This document shows positions 10,560 through 23,612 of a DNA stretch of 64,000 bases, piece after piece. The stretch lies in contig CM022665.1 of the NCBI GenBank assembly GCA_012295275.1, forward strand, positions 22,816,001 to 22,880,000, read 5' to 3'. The position numbers and the translations under genes are program-made. The notes under the pieces were generated by a model. It searched no databases and was not told the origin of the DNA. It saw nothing but the letters and a program-made list of their open reading frames with translations. How positions within the stretch are numbered: position 1 is the stretch's first letter; each line of letters begins with the position of its first letter. Origin of the DNA: Chrysomallon squamiferum (Eukaryota > Animalia > Mollusca).

Positions 10560-11852
10560 TCCAACGTTTAACTAAACAGTTCCGTGTGACTCAGAATCAG
10601 GAATTAAATATTTAACAGTACATTAAACATTTGATGATAATGTAAATATTATCTGTTTATTCAGAAATAATTGCTCTCATGCTGTAGTGATCAAAATGGT
10701 TAAATTTTGCAAACTCAGGATGTAGAATAAATGCTATAAATATTATTTCGAATATCAAAAACGGTAGCAATCGGCCATTTTGAAAAATGTTGACTAATAG
10801 CCCACGAACTCTAAGTTATACAAATTATCTGAATACAATATCAAATAAAAATAATTACAAAGAATAAACCTAAAAATAATTATTTTGCATTTAATACGTA
10901 TTGTTATTCGGTTTAAACAAACATAATTTTGTTTGAAAACCTGACAATCTATGCTATAAGAGTGAGATATAACCGTTTCACATATATGTTCCCTAATAAA
11001 GCAACAAATGCAAGTTTTGTATCTGAATCGATTTTCAGGAGACCTCGAGAGATAAATAAATTCACATTTCTGTTATTTCTGTTTTCTTTTTAACACTGTA
11101 TTTACTCTACCCGTTTGATAATGAAAGCTGTTGAAGGATTCACTTACATTAAAATGTAGCTGAAGAGCAATCTAAATAGACTGTTTTATCAATGTTATAT
11201 CCTGCTTTTATTTTGCATGTGTCAGGTCGCTATTTACAATGCTGTTTTCGTATATGATTTCAGAATAACATTTTATAGATAATGATGATTTGACTTAGGA
11301 AATCGACAGTCACTTTCGGGGCTTTTGTTATTAACTGGCAGCAGTTCATACATTACACGTATATTCCCATGGACACGGTGATGTAAACCTTTGTCTTAAA
11401 TAAACGAATCGAGGGAGACCGGCCGGAGAGGACAAGCTATTACTGATTCTTCGACCAGTTCTATCCGAGTCTCGTCCTGAAGATCATGGTACCTTCTTCA
11501 TTCTTCGTCTCCTTCTTCTTTAGGATTTCGTATACTTTTTTTCGTGTTTATTTTGAGCGAGAGTTGATACATTAATATTACATAAAAACACAGAGACAAT
11601 TGTATAGGACACAAATTTACTTTTGTTTTCCAATAGTCAAAAATAGTATTTAAATTTGCCACTGTATATTAATAATATGCACTGTGAATTTTAATTTATT
11701 CAGTTTATGTCATCGTAATTAAATCGTTTTGAAATTTATGTATATTGGACTCGAAAGAAAAGAACAACCCCGGTGTAACAAAATGAAATCTTTAGTTATC
11801 GCAGTTTTATTAATAACCAGTGGTGCTGATAAAGGTAAGACAAATTGCGATT

Positions 11853-11945
11853 TGTGTATATATATATATACACACATGTATGTATGTATGTATATGTGTG
11901 TGTATGTATGTATGTATGTATGTATGTATGTATGTGTGTGTGTGT
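11853..11945. repeat. (TA)/(TATG)/(TG) compound microsatellite at the pseudogene deletion junction
   Basis: Visible simple repeat directly abutting the exon 8 remnant. Confidence 0.93.
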
Positions 11946-12319
11946 TTAAAGAGTTTAAACCTACAGTGTGTATCTGAACTGGCGTGTCAGCATCAGCTGT
12001 TTGTTATCTGTTCGTGGTTTTCGAATTCTTCAGGCTCGAAGAGAATAATCAGGAAAGATATGCTACCTCTTTAGAATCGAATTATTTGGTTCATGGTGGC
12101 TTCCTTGGGTCAACGATGTAAACAGTTTAATTTTGTGTTACTTATCTATCACAGTAATTTCCCCAGTCTCATAATAATAATAATAACAACAACAACAACC
12201 ACAACAACAACAACAGTGATAATAGTAATAAAATGAGAGTAGCACTAGCGGGGTAGTAGTAGTAGCAGTGGTATAAGTAGGAGTAGTAATAGCAGTAGTA
12301 ATAATGATAGTTGTAATAT

Positions 12320-12332
12320 TAGTAGTAGTAGT

Positions 12333-12406
<74 letters not shown>
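12320..12406. repeat. (AGT)n(AGC)n(AGT)n trinucleotide repeat
   Basis: Visible simple repeat. Confidence 0.95.
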
Positions 12407-12496
12407 AATCAGAAGTAATTAAGCATCAATATTTATCTCAAAGGTCAAAATGCATATTATTAAGTGTAAAAATGAAACAAGAAAAACTTTTCTGAC

Positions 12497-12612
12497 AGGG
12501 TTATGGTTACAGCAAGGGTTATAATCAATGTTAGGGCAACGGTTAGAATTAACGTCAGGGTAAAGGTTTGGGTTACGGTTTTTGTTAGGATTTGTTTTAG
12601 GGTTCAAGTTAC
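12497..12612 (+). repeat. Degenerate TTAGGG-like tract in a pseudogene intron
   Basis: GGGTTA/TTAGGG/TTTGGG/TTACGG variants with roughly 6-nt period. Confidence 0.55.
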
Positions 12613-13336
12613 GATAAGGATTTATTTGCTTAAATATCAGTCTGTTGTCCATCTTTTAACAGTAGGATTTACATAAATGTTTTTTTTTTTTTTTTTTTTT
12701 TTTTTGTTTCTTCTTTATTATTACAACAGCCGCTTACCATTCAGCCAAGATCCGAATTTGATGTCACAGAAGGAGAAAGTTCCTTTCAGAAACCTGGGCA
12801 AACTTGTTGATAACAAAGACTTCAACTGGGGAATGTCCTCCACTGAGCTTCAGACAGTTATATTTGAAGTGATACATTAATGTAATATTTTAAAAATAGT
12901 TTTAAAGATTTATAAATACGTAGCACTTACGAAAAAAACAACAAAAAAAACAACAACAACAACAACAATACTATAAAAATAATAATGTAGCAATAATGAA
13001 AACTAGTATTCAAATATTATGAAGCAGTTACTAATAATATTAAAGTTGTGAAAAGAATATTTCCATGAACAGATATATTGTTATTCAGAAAGCAAATTCG
13101 GAAGATATGACAAACATGACTAAAACAGATCCTGGCATTCTGCACAGAAAAAGTCATTCATGGAAAGTATGCCTGGATAACTGTACAGAAAACATGGCAA
13201 CACAAAAAGAAGATCAAACTGTTCTTTAGTTTTTATGAATTCTCCTATTCTCAGTTCATAACATCTCGTTCTTGCTGTCCCGAACGGCTCTCATTACACT
13301 GACGATTTCGAATTAAATGTAAGTTTGACAGTATAA

Positions 13337-13342
<6 letters not shown>

Positions 13343-13422
<80 letters not shown>
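13343..13422. repeat. (TC)n microsatellite
   Basis: Pure TC run. Confidence 0.97.
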
Positions 13423-13424
<2 letters not shown>

Positions 13425-13755
13425 AAGATGGCTTTACATTGAATAACTACTATACATTAGCAACAAAGGATACTTCACGTGCACACATCACAATTTTTAT
13501 ACACATCTTTCTGTATAAATGTATATTTAAAGTGGTAATATATGTGATGATCATAATTATAATATTAACTTTATTAAAACTAATACGGCTAAAATTTAAT
13601 CTTTCTGTGTATATATGTATGTATATATATATGTGTGTGTGTGCGTGCGTGTGTGTGTGTGTGTGTCTTTATGTATTATAAATGTATGTGTTATTCGTTT
13701 TACAGTAAGTAATGTTAGTGTTATGTATTTTACAGTAATAGTGCATAGAGAGAGA

Positions 13756-13797
<42 letters not shown>

Positions 13798-14524
13798 AGA
13801 GAGGTTAAAAGAGGTATAAAGAAAAAGAGTAAAATACATAAATTTTAAAGGTTTTGTTTGTTGTTGTTGTCTTGTTGTTTTTTTTTTAAATTATCCTCTG
13901 TGAATGACAATGGTTTTCTGAGCAAACTGAAAAAGAAATGGTTTAAACAGTCATGCAAGGACAACAGAAATGAAACAACATTAACATTTGTGAGAACAAA
14001 GGCAGTTTATGATATTAGAAGTATATTGTATTTCTCAGCTGCTGGGATCGGACTGCTCAGTTATTCTCTGTGCAGAAATAATGTTTCGACATTTATGTGA
14101 TGTTTCTCCAAAGCTGGATCAGAAAACAAAAACACGGCGCTTATAAATATATGGACACATGTATAGAAATAATCAAAACATACAGATGTATTCCTCTCGT
14201 ACTGACTGGATCCAATAAATCACGGACAAAATATACAGACATAAAAAATGCTAGCACCGTCAGATATTCTTTTCAATATATTCATTATTATTATTATTTT
14301 TTTTTTTTTCAAAAATGAACATTTTCAAATTTAATGAGATCTGAATACCGTTTCGAACTGCTAGAATGTTTTTTTTTTTTTTTTTTTAAATTCATATATA
14401 GTACCAAAATAATTTTAACTTTACATGAATTCATATTACATCTTTACACGTTTAATTTCCCAATAAAAGGAATCATAATAAAAGAGTCTTGTAAAAATTA
14501 GTAAAATAGTATTAATCTTCATGT

Positions 14525-14579
<55 letters not shown>

Positions 14580-15785
14580 TAATAATAATAAACTACAACT
14601 ATTACTATCAAAGATAAATAGTAAACAGAGAGAAAAATCTAGACAAACTTAAAACTTATATAAAGCGACTGTTAAAGCACTAAACCTACAATGACTGAGT
14701 ATTCAAAAACCCTTTCTCTCGCGAGTAATTGCACATGTTCCGTTCTCTCTCGTCGAATGATCCTCTGAAAACGTACATTTGTTAAGCTGTATATTCTATG
14801 AGTGTACTGTCGCACCAGCTTCAATGCACAACAAGTTAGGAAATGTAATAGGTTCTTTCTAGCTAATTTTATAAATCACTAATACTAGTTTGGATATGCC
14901 AACAATTAATTCTGGACTGTACGCTTGATCTTTATTTGGGTAAATCTATGTCATATGACTGATTAACTGTTAAAAGATACATTAATTAACACGTTATGAA
15001 TTTGTTATGGAAACTGTAAGACACTGGCTAGAAATGAATAATGGTGTCTCGATCCTTTGTCTGATCATTTTCTAGATTTATTTTCTTTGAAAGTGCAGTG
15101 AAGTTTAAACGGACAAAAGCTTGAATAAAATGATGTAGAAGACAGCGAATGACAGTTCGACGTTGAAACAAATAAATCTCCAAGCCTAGTCGAGCCATAA
15201 ACCTCGATATTAAATATTTGTTTCTTTTTTTTCATTTAACAGGAACAAATGGATATTCGTCTCGACAAGTGATGATTTTTGGCTGTTGCAACTACTTCTA
15301 CTACTATTATTTCCTCTTTAAATCAAAGAAACTATGTTGAAAAATATATCTTCTCGTTACTTTTGACTATAGATAGATTACAAATATCCATTTATTTTAC
15401 CGAATAATTTTATCTTACGGTTATGTATGGTTAGTTATTACTATAGTCAGTTATTATTATTATAGTTTTCTTTAAACTCTAAGCAACTGTTTCTCTGGAT
15501 CTTTCTCGAAATTCTTCCGAATAAGATACTGGTATAAGTCTACTACTACTCTTTGTCTGATTTTCTCAAACCTCCCTGTCTCTGGTAAAGAAACAGACTT
15601 CTGCTTTATGTCCTTGACAGACGTGCCTCTTGAATTTGTTCTTAATTTAATCATGTTTCAAATGCTGTATTGATTGCTTAAATATTGAATATGGATTACT
15701 GAGTATTATGTAAAATCGATTTCTTCAAAAATGTGGACACTTACACAGTTACACACTTTCTCTGTCTGTCTGTCTTCCTTTCTGT

Positions 15786-15807
15786 CACACACACACACAC
15801 ACACACA

Positions 15808-15861
<54 letters not shown>
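15786..15861. repeat. (CA)n(TC)n compound microsatellite
   Basis: Visible simple repeat. Confidence 0.95.
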
Positions 15862-15864
<3 letters not shown>

Positions 15865-17094
15865 AATAAATAATATAATACAATAAATTTATTTTTGTTG
15901 ACGTTGTCGTCTCTTTTTAAAATCAAGCTAAATGAGATTAACCATTCAATGCTATTAGACCCCTTTTCAGAGCTGCATAGACGTTTCTTATTCCCCGCTG
16001 AATATGTTATTCATGTAGCATAAAATTATAACTTTATTAGGGAATAAAAGAAAGAAAAAGCCCCCAAAAACATTATTTCAGTTTTCGTTTTGGATATTAA
16101 GTAATTAGAAGACAATAAAGCTGCTGTCTAATCAAAATATTTATTTTCAGCAACTAACATTTTCAATACCGACACACTGTTACGATTACTTCAGACAGGA
16201 ATTTATCTATTCGGGTTACGAAGTATATAAGTATTATGGGAAATAGGTTCTGCTAACGTTGAAAACAATTGTTAAAAATATTTATTTTCTTTGTAAATAT
16301 TACATCGAGTAAAGATTGTTAATAAAACAAAGAGTAAGAGAAAAAGATCATTATCTTTGTTTTCTTTCAATATATCAGTGTGTATATTTTGTAAACAGAT
16401 GCAAATTCTACATGGTAGGTACAATTCGTCTAAAATAATGTATGGCCTATCATACGCGCTCATCCAACAAAAAATGTAGACAGCATTCATATCTCCACAT
16501 AGCATTGCTGGGTCGCGTTAGTTGAATTACTTTGTATTTTTGTGAAAAAAGAAAAAGAAAAATCTTTGTTATTTGCACCTAAGAAGATGAAGAAGCAAAA
16601 TGAATAATAATAAAATAAGAAATATGAGTGAAAATATTTCTGTCAAATGCATTGCATTGAGTTTAAAATCCAGACAAACCATTCAGAATTCATTGATTAC
16701 TTTAATAATGTTTTAAAAGAGTTGTATTAATTATATAAGTAATTTATGTAGGTCAGATGTATCTATTGTGATATAGTATAAAGTAATTAATGTTTGTTTA
16801 ACCATAATTTTTTAGGTACAAGTATAAATGGTTATCAGGAGTTACAGATTGATTTTTTTTTGATTTTTTTAAATTATAATATTTTGACGCCAAACCATGG
16901 ATTACTCTTATAGATTATCAGTGAGATATATAAATTAAAAGCATGCACCCACAGACGGGAAAATACACTTCAAAACCTTTGATAAAATAGTATTAGGTAA
17001 CTGGCCTGTACAGAAAAAGGCCCGAAGTAAAAACAAATAAAAAATTCTGTTCTTACTGTATCATGATACCTCATGTTGAAGACCAAAGGAACCT

Positions 17095-17138
17095 TATATA
17101 TATGTGTGTGTATTTGTGTGTATGTGTGTGTTTGTGTA

Positions 17139-17170
<32 letters not shown>

Positions 17171-17551
17171 TATATAAAACCATGCACTCATAGACAGGAT
17201 AGACACACACACACACAAATGTATATGTATGTATATGTATGTTTATGTATGTATATATGCGTGTGTATGTATGTATGTCTTTGTGCGTGTGTATGTGTGT
17301 GTTTGTGTATGTGTGTACATATATAAAAGCATACACTTATATATATGTGTGTGTGTGTGTGTATGTATATGTATATATGTATGCATATGTATGTATGTAT
17401 GTGTATATGTGTGCATATGTATGTATATATTTATGTATGTATATATGTGTATATGTATGTATCTATGTATGTATGTATGTGTATATGTATGCACATGTAT
17501 GTATGTATGTATGTATGTATATATATATATATATACGTGTGTGTGTGTGTG
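17095..17551. repeat. Long compound (TG)/(TATG)/(TA) microsatellite
   Basis: Alternating purine-pyrimidine tract that generates many spurious ORFs. Confidence 0.95.
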
Positions 17552-18985
17552 TTACTCAAGAAATTATGTTGTATGAATAAAACATTGAATGGTAATCATA
17601 TCGATTAAAGAGCCATAAATATACACACATTATCAATCAGTAGATTGGTGTTGTCAGAATAGGACAAATTGTATGCCATAAATCACATAATGTCGGTTAA
17701 CTAAACGTCTTTTATTTTTATTCATTTTCGTTCATCATTACTTTGGTTTTTCGTTTATTTCGTTTATTTCTTTTCCAGTTTCTTCTTCTTTTGTGAGATG
17801 TTTATTTAAATATATATGGACATGGTTTTATTTAATAGATTTGTAAATTGAAACGAATGATTTTTGTTCGTGCATTTAATTTGAAACCAGTATTTTGTGT
17901 TGTTTCTTTGATAAATGTTTTTCTTTATTTTGATGACTTGAAAAAAAAAAAAAAAAAAGTAAAACACGATATTAATTAAGTCAAAAAAAAATACAAAAAC
18001 ATAAAATAAAATAAAAAATAAAAAATAAAAATAAAAATAAAAAACACAAGACAAAGGAAATGTACCATTTGCGTTTCAGACAGTACATTAGGTCTCTTCC
18101 GGACACAATATTATTATCCATTTTCTTCATAACAGATCTATTTTCTTCTGAGGCAGCAGATACACACCCACATATTCCCTTCCTCTCTGCGTCTCCTCTC
18201 TCTCCCTCATATTACACTCACACACACACGCACACACATCTGCCTGTGGGAAAATAAAATGAAAAAATATATACATCTGAAAACAAACCTTTTTATATAC
18301 ATATACATTTATTCATATATGTATGTATGTATGTATGTATGTGTGTCTGTGTGTGTGTGTGTGTGTGTGTATGTGTGTGAACGAATGAATTTGCGTAATG
18401 TCTTACGTCACAGAATTTAAACTGCAATTGCAAACTTACAGAAATGGAATAGTTCATAGGACTTTGCTTTTTATCAAAGTTAATAGCATGCTGTGAAATA
18501 ATCGACGAATTTCGTTTTAAATTACAAACACATTATAAGAAATCTTTGTAAAATATGTTTCAGCATCGTACATGTGTATTGATTCTTAATACACCATTAT
18601 GTTTTTTCCTTTTCTGCCGTACAAACTCGATATGCATTAAATTTACTCTGGAAGTCAAAACGAGCTTAAAATTACAAACATATTTTGTATTGAATTTGTT
18701 TTTTTGGTCTGATATTAATTCTGAGAGCTCTGCGAAATAATTACACTGAGTCAGATATATTATTTTATGATTCAAAGATGTCACATTAAAAAGTAAAAAA
18801 ATCTTTTGCGTTAATCCATATGTCATGATTAATGTGAAAGTTATTTTATCTGTGTCTCATTTATCAATATTTCCTAGAACTTTCATATCCCCACCCGCTC
18901 TGTCTTTTGATGACGTAATATAAAGGTCTTCTCATTACACAGAATATTGACTTAGTGTGCTATTTTTTGTTTCTTCACTTCTTTC

Positions 18986-19039
<54 letters not shown>

Positions 19040-22000
19040 TAATGTAATTGCATGATAAATATTTAAATTTTATTAAAATAGCTGCATATAGATGTATTTA
19101 ATAGAAAATCAGATCCGTTTTGATAAGTGCATCTACGGTTATCATTGATGGTATTTGTACATGTATTTGTGTATTTGTGCGTCTTTGTGTATATGTAGAT
19201 ATGTAATTAAAATATATTATTACTTTGCTTCTTGGCGTCTTTATGAAAAAAAGTATATATATTTACAGATTATTTATTTATTTGCTTGTTTAGAATAATA
19301 AATTGCACAAATCTACAATAAATAATACCCTGAAATTATTTAATTTCATATAAAGCTACAAACACTGATATCTCTGTTTAGACACATAAAAAAAACCGCA
19401 CACACTGACACTAAATAAACAGATAATTAAAATGAATTCTTCTGGAAAGCACAGACGTGTTATTGATTAGAAATCAGCAGTAAAAAGTCACGATACACTG
19501 AGCCGTGAATTCAATCCGTAATAGTGCTATCTCGTCTGCAATGGAAAAATAAATAACTAACTAAATAAATAAAAATAAAGTAAATGAAAATAAATAAATA
19601 ATAATATTAAGAAAGAAAGAATAAAAAAACAAAGACATAGTATGAAACATTTTCTGCTTTGCAATTCATTGTAAAATTAAAACATTTCGTCAGAGGTAGC
19701 CGGTGTCTTAACGTGAAAGGATGGACCCTTTTAAATATGTAGAGTATGAGGGTTTATGTATCCGCATTATGTAGCTAATATGTAACATGATCACACAATT
19801 ACGAAGCTACACGTATTATCATTAACTGCATATTAAGAAACATGTTGCTGGAAATGAATTTATGTGTTCTGATAGCCCTGTTTTCTTTCATCTAACTTAA
19901 TGTGCTAAGATAAAAGATAACGTTCGTGAAACACTCCGTTATAACAAGCAAAATATTAGAAAGCCAGTGTTAATGATAACGCATAACAACTGGGAAATAA
20001 ACTGAAAATAAAATATGGAAAAGAAAATTAGATTGGTAAATGGCTCTTAAAGAAAAAGGAAAAAGATAAAGACTCGTCATATTTACTTAGCGATATATCT
20101 GATTCTTAGAACAAAGTAAATAAATTGTGACGGGTTGCAGCCAGGGATCTCGAAGGCTCTATCAATCAAACTGATATACGGAGCCGCTGACAGATCACTA
20201 AATAAGGAATATTCTCAAGTAAGCCAGCTTCTATCCCAGGTTTTCAACAGATAATCACCTGGACGTGATCCGAATACCCTTATCAAATTTACCAACATCT
20301 TTTAATTTGGATGTTTGATTAATATGATCGGTTGTCCGCGAGACGGATTAGGTGAAAATCACCAGAGGCATCGGAAGATAATCACATATCTATGATCGAT
20401 GGATTACCTTTGTCGAACACGGCTCGACGTATTAAGTCATATTTTAGCTGTTAGTCTTCATCAGCTGAAGTTGTCTACGATGTGCTGCAGTGAATATTCC
20501 AGATGCTTTAGTTTTCCGAGAGAGAGCGCTAAAAAGAAAGAACAGGCTTGTGACGGAAACAAACAATCGATAAATATTAATGTGTTTTATATTGACGCCA
20601 AGATTCCTGACAAGTTGTTTGTTTGCTGGGCCTAGAGATCTGGCCTTGTCGATCAGGAAACACTGTATTTCAGTTTATCCATCTAGCTGTCAGAAAAGTC
20701 GTTTGTCATAGAACAACGTTTCGAAACGAAGAAGAAACTGAAGAAGAAGAAGAAGAAGAGAAATGAGGATGTCTGAGACAGAAAGATAACACGATGTTGA
20801 AAAGAAAAAGTAAAAAAAAAAAAAAAAACAAGTGAAAGAGTAGCAGGAAGTGGAGGAGGAGAGGAAGTTAAAGAATCATGATGAAGTCACAGAAGAGAAA
20901 ACGAAACAGAAAAAAAACTGAAAAGAAAGAACAAGATAAAAGACGTTATAAGGTGGTAAACGATGTTGAAGTAAGAAAAAAATAATAACAAAAAAAAAAA
21001 AAAAAAATGGAAGAAAAACCTACAGAAAAATTGAAATATGAAATAAAGAAATAAAATTATGTGCTAAATGTAATACAAACTCCTCACTTTTCATGAATGT
21101 CGACTGAAATGAAAGCAAAGAAAGAGCATTATTAATATCAAGCATTACAGAAACCGAAATCCTTCATTTGGCGTTCTTCTGTCTCATTTTCCTTTAGAGT
21201 AACTTACCCTTGTAATTCGTAAATAGCCTAATGAGTATTAATATAAACACAACTTTATAATTCGACTCTTTGAAATCATTATGAAAAATATTCTCCATTA
21301 TTATAGTGAATACACAGACAAAACAACTTCTCAACCGCATTAAATTAATAATAACATGGTCAGAATATATACAAAGGAAGCGAAAACTAATCTAACGACA
21401 TTTCAGCATGTTACATAAAATCAGAAATTGCAATGTGTCAGCTCATAATACAGGATCAATGAACGATTTATTAATTTGTTAAAAAAGTTGCTTAACAGTA
21501 ATATCAATTCCTTATAACTGACAGGAAAACGAATGCTAATACGTTTGGAATGTGAACCGAAACGAAGAACCTTCCAGCTTGTTACCTCACCTGGGTACCT
21601 CGCCTGGGCTGGAGAAACGCATCTGAAGGAATACTGTAGTACTTGTTATTTTTAATATGTCAAAGAGAAAATTTTAATTGCATGCATTAAATATAGTATA
21701 AACCGAGATTATGTACTGAAAGAAAACTGTAACTTTTCCTATTGTTCTTTATCGTCAGATGATTCTAAAGACGTTATAAAGAATTGACGGAATAAATCAA
21801 GGTAAGAAACATTGATCTTGTAAACAACTGCACTCGGTTAACTTTTTGTTACAACAAGCTATGACACATGATTCATAGCTTCAGCCAGACAAATTTCCAA
21901 TATGTAGGTCAAGTACGGTGACCTACCCGTATGATTATCCCGCCTGGACCGCTCTCGGCTAAACCCAATATCAGATTACCAGCAAGTGAGTAATTGAAAA

Positions 22001-23508
22001 CGCCTGTTGATGATAATATAACATCTTCTTTGGCGACATCTAAAGAAAACAAGCAAGCGACTTTTCTTTACATTATCAACAGTCAATTTGGAGCCCGCCA
22101 CATGTTATCAAATAAGATGCTTTTACAGTATTGATAATCTTATTTAGGAAAAAGATTTTACCATGATAACAAACCCCAAACTGATGCGCTATCGACTCAA
22201 AAGTTGAAATTAGTTTCCCGATCGAAGTTTATCAGAAAGTGTGGCCTGTACGGTTTCTTTCATTTCCACCGATTACATCTTTCTAACAGACTTAGGATGA
22301 GATCTAACAGGTTTATAGTGGGACGAGGAGGGAAGACATCTCTGATTAAACTTCTTCGATTTCTCACTGCTCGGATAAGAGCTTTTTACACGGGCTATAA
22401 GAGCGGGCTGATTTGGTTATCGTTGATAGAACATGGCCGTAAATTAGCATGTGTAGGAATAGGATGGTGGCATAAATGTTGACACAATTGGAGCATATCC
22501 AGAGATCGTCAAGATGATTGAAAAGAAAACAGATCATAAGTCATGAACATGGCATTTTAATTGGATATTTTAAAACTAACTTGGGATCAGTCTGGTTTAA
22601 ACAAGATATAGGTGCACAGTGGCCATGGAGTTAATGTAGTTATATGTATATTTGATTATATTGCTCCGTCAAAATTAATTGGGTAGTTTCATGGATTGTA
22701 GTATCAGTATTCTTCCGTAACCAGACAGGCACTATCAATGCTGCTAGAATACTATTTTAAAACTAATATAACAGTCTAGGCCAGACAGATTGAATTTTTT
22801 ACTTCAATCTTTCAGCTCCAGAACCTTACAAATTACTGTACATGAAAATCAACAGTCAAAGTGGTTTAATATGGGAGAAACTTTACTTTTCTTGGAAACT
22901 ATTTGAAAGAAATATTGTCGATATAATCAATTTTTTTCAGTAATTTTATTATTAATATATTTTTTTTCATCCAGGACAGTAAATTCTTGCTCAATCTATA
23001 GATTTTTGCTGTGACGTTTAGTTGCAAATAAATCAATATTGGTAACATATTAGAATGAAAAGCTAGATTTCTCAGAGAGCTTCCACGAAATTGCTGATTT
23101 ATCCCATTCTGTCGCTAACTGTCACCCCAGGACCTGGTGGGCTTTATACAAGACGCAGGGACTACTGGCAGTGGCAGTATTTTGAGCTAGTAATCAAATA
23201 AGATATTACGTGTGACGCTATCTGACACATCATCAGTGAAACAAAAATGCAGACGTTTAGAAATGGCATTAAACATAAATCACTCTCCTTAAAACCAGAA
23301 AAACTAAAGAAATTTTGTTATAGAAGTAAATGAAAATAATTAGACAAACTGCAGCTTTTGAGATTGTCACCAGTTATATGCATTATGTTTCAATTTTACT
23401 ACCATTATTATAGCTATTTATCATTCATATAGTCGAATGCAGTATGCATAGCAGAAATTCCTGTACCAGTGCCAAAGCTGTGTCTCCAAAACCGTATTAT
23501 ATGCCTAT

Positions 23509-23612
<104 letters not shown>

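Larger units (their letters stand above)
7389..11190. repeat. Tandem segmental duplication unit A (paralogous to 1-4810)
   Basis: Shared blocks such as CTGAAGAGCAATCT (4781 / 11160) and CCCTAATAAAGCAACAAATGCA (4649 / 10990). Confidence 0.9.
11783..14146 (+). pseudogene. Unprocessed iGluR-like/IR pseudogene (copy C), head-to-head with copy A
   Basis: Remnants in order: signal-peptide exon 11783-11834 (MKSLVIAVLLITSGADK G|GTAAG); 3' half of exon 8 ~11948-12117 (FKPTVCI*TGVSA...IIWFMVASLGQR, stop and frameshift); exon 9 ~12730-12868 lacking M3 (VPFRNLGKL); exon 10 13089-13318 (KTDPGIL, GKYAWI, CSLVFMNSP, stop and indels); exon 11 ~13890-14146 (NDNGFLSKLKKKWFKQSC, acceptor AG lost, frameshift). 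Confidence 0.9.

Noticed and set aside
12748-12760. AGATCCGAATTTG matches the 3' part of miR-10
   Set aside because: No seed region or hairpin, and it lies inside a pseudo-exon; coincidence.
22204-22482. 92-aa ORF; the opposite strand gives PTINLLDLILS, resembling a LINE endonuclease motif
   Set aside because: Flanked by stops with no other endonuclease or reverse-transcriptase motifs.
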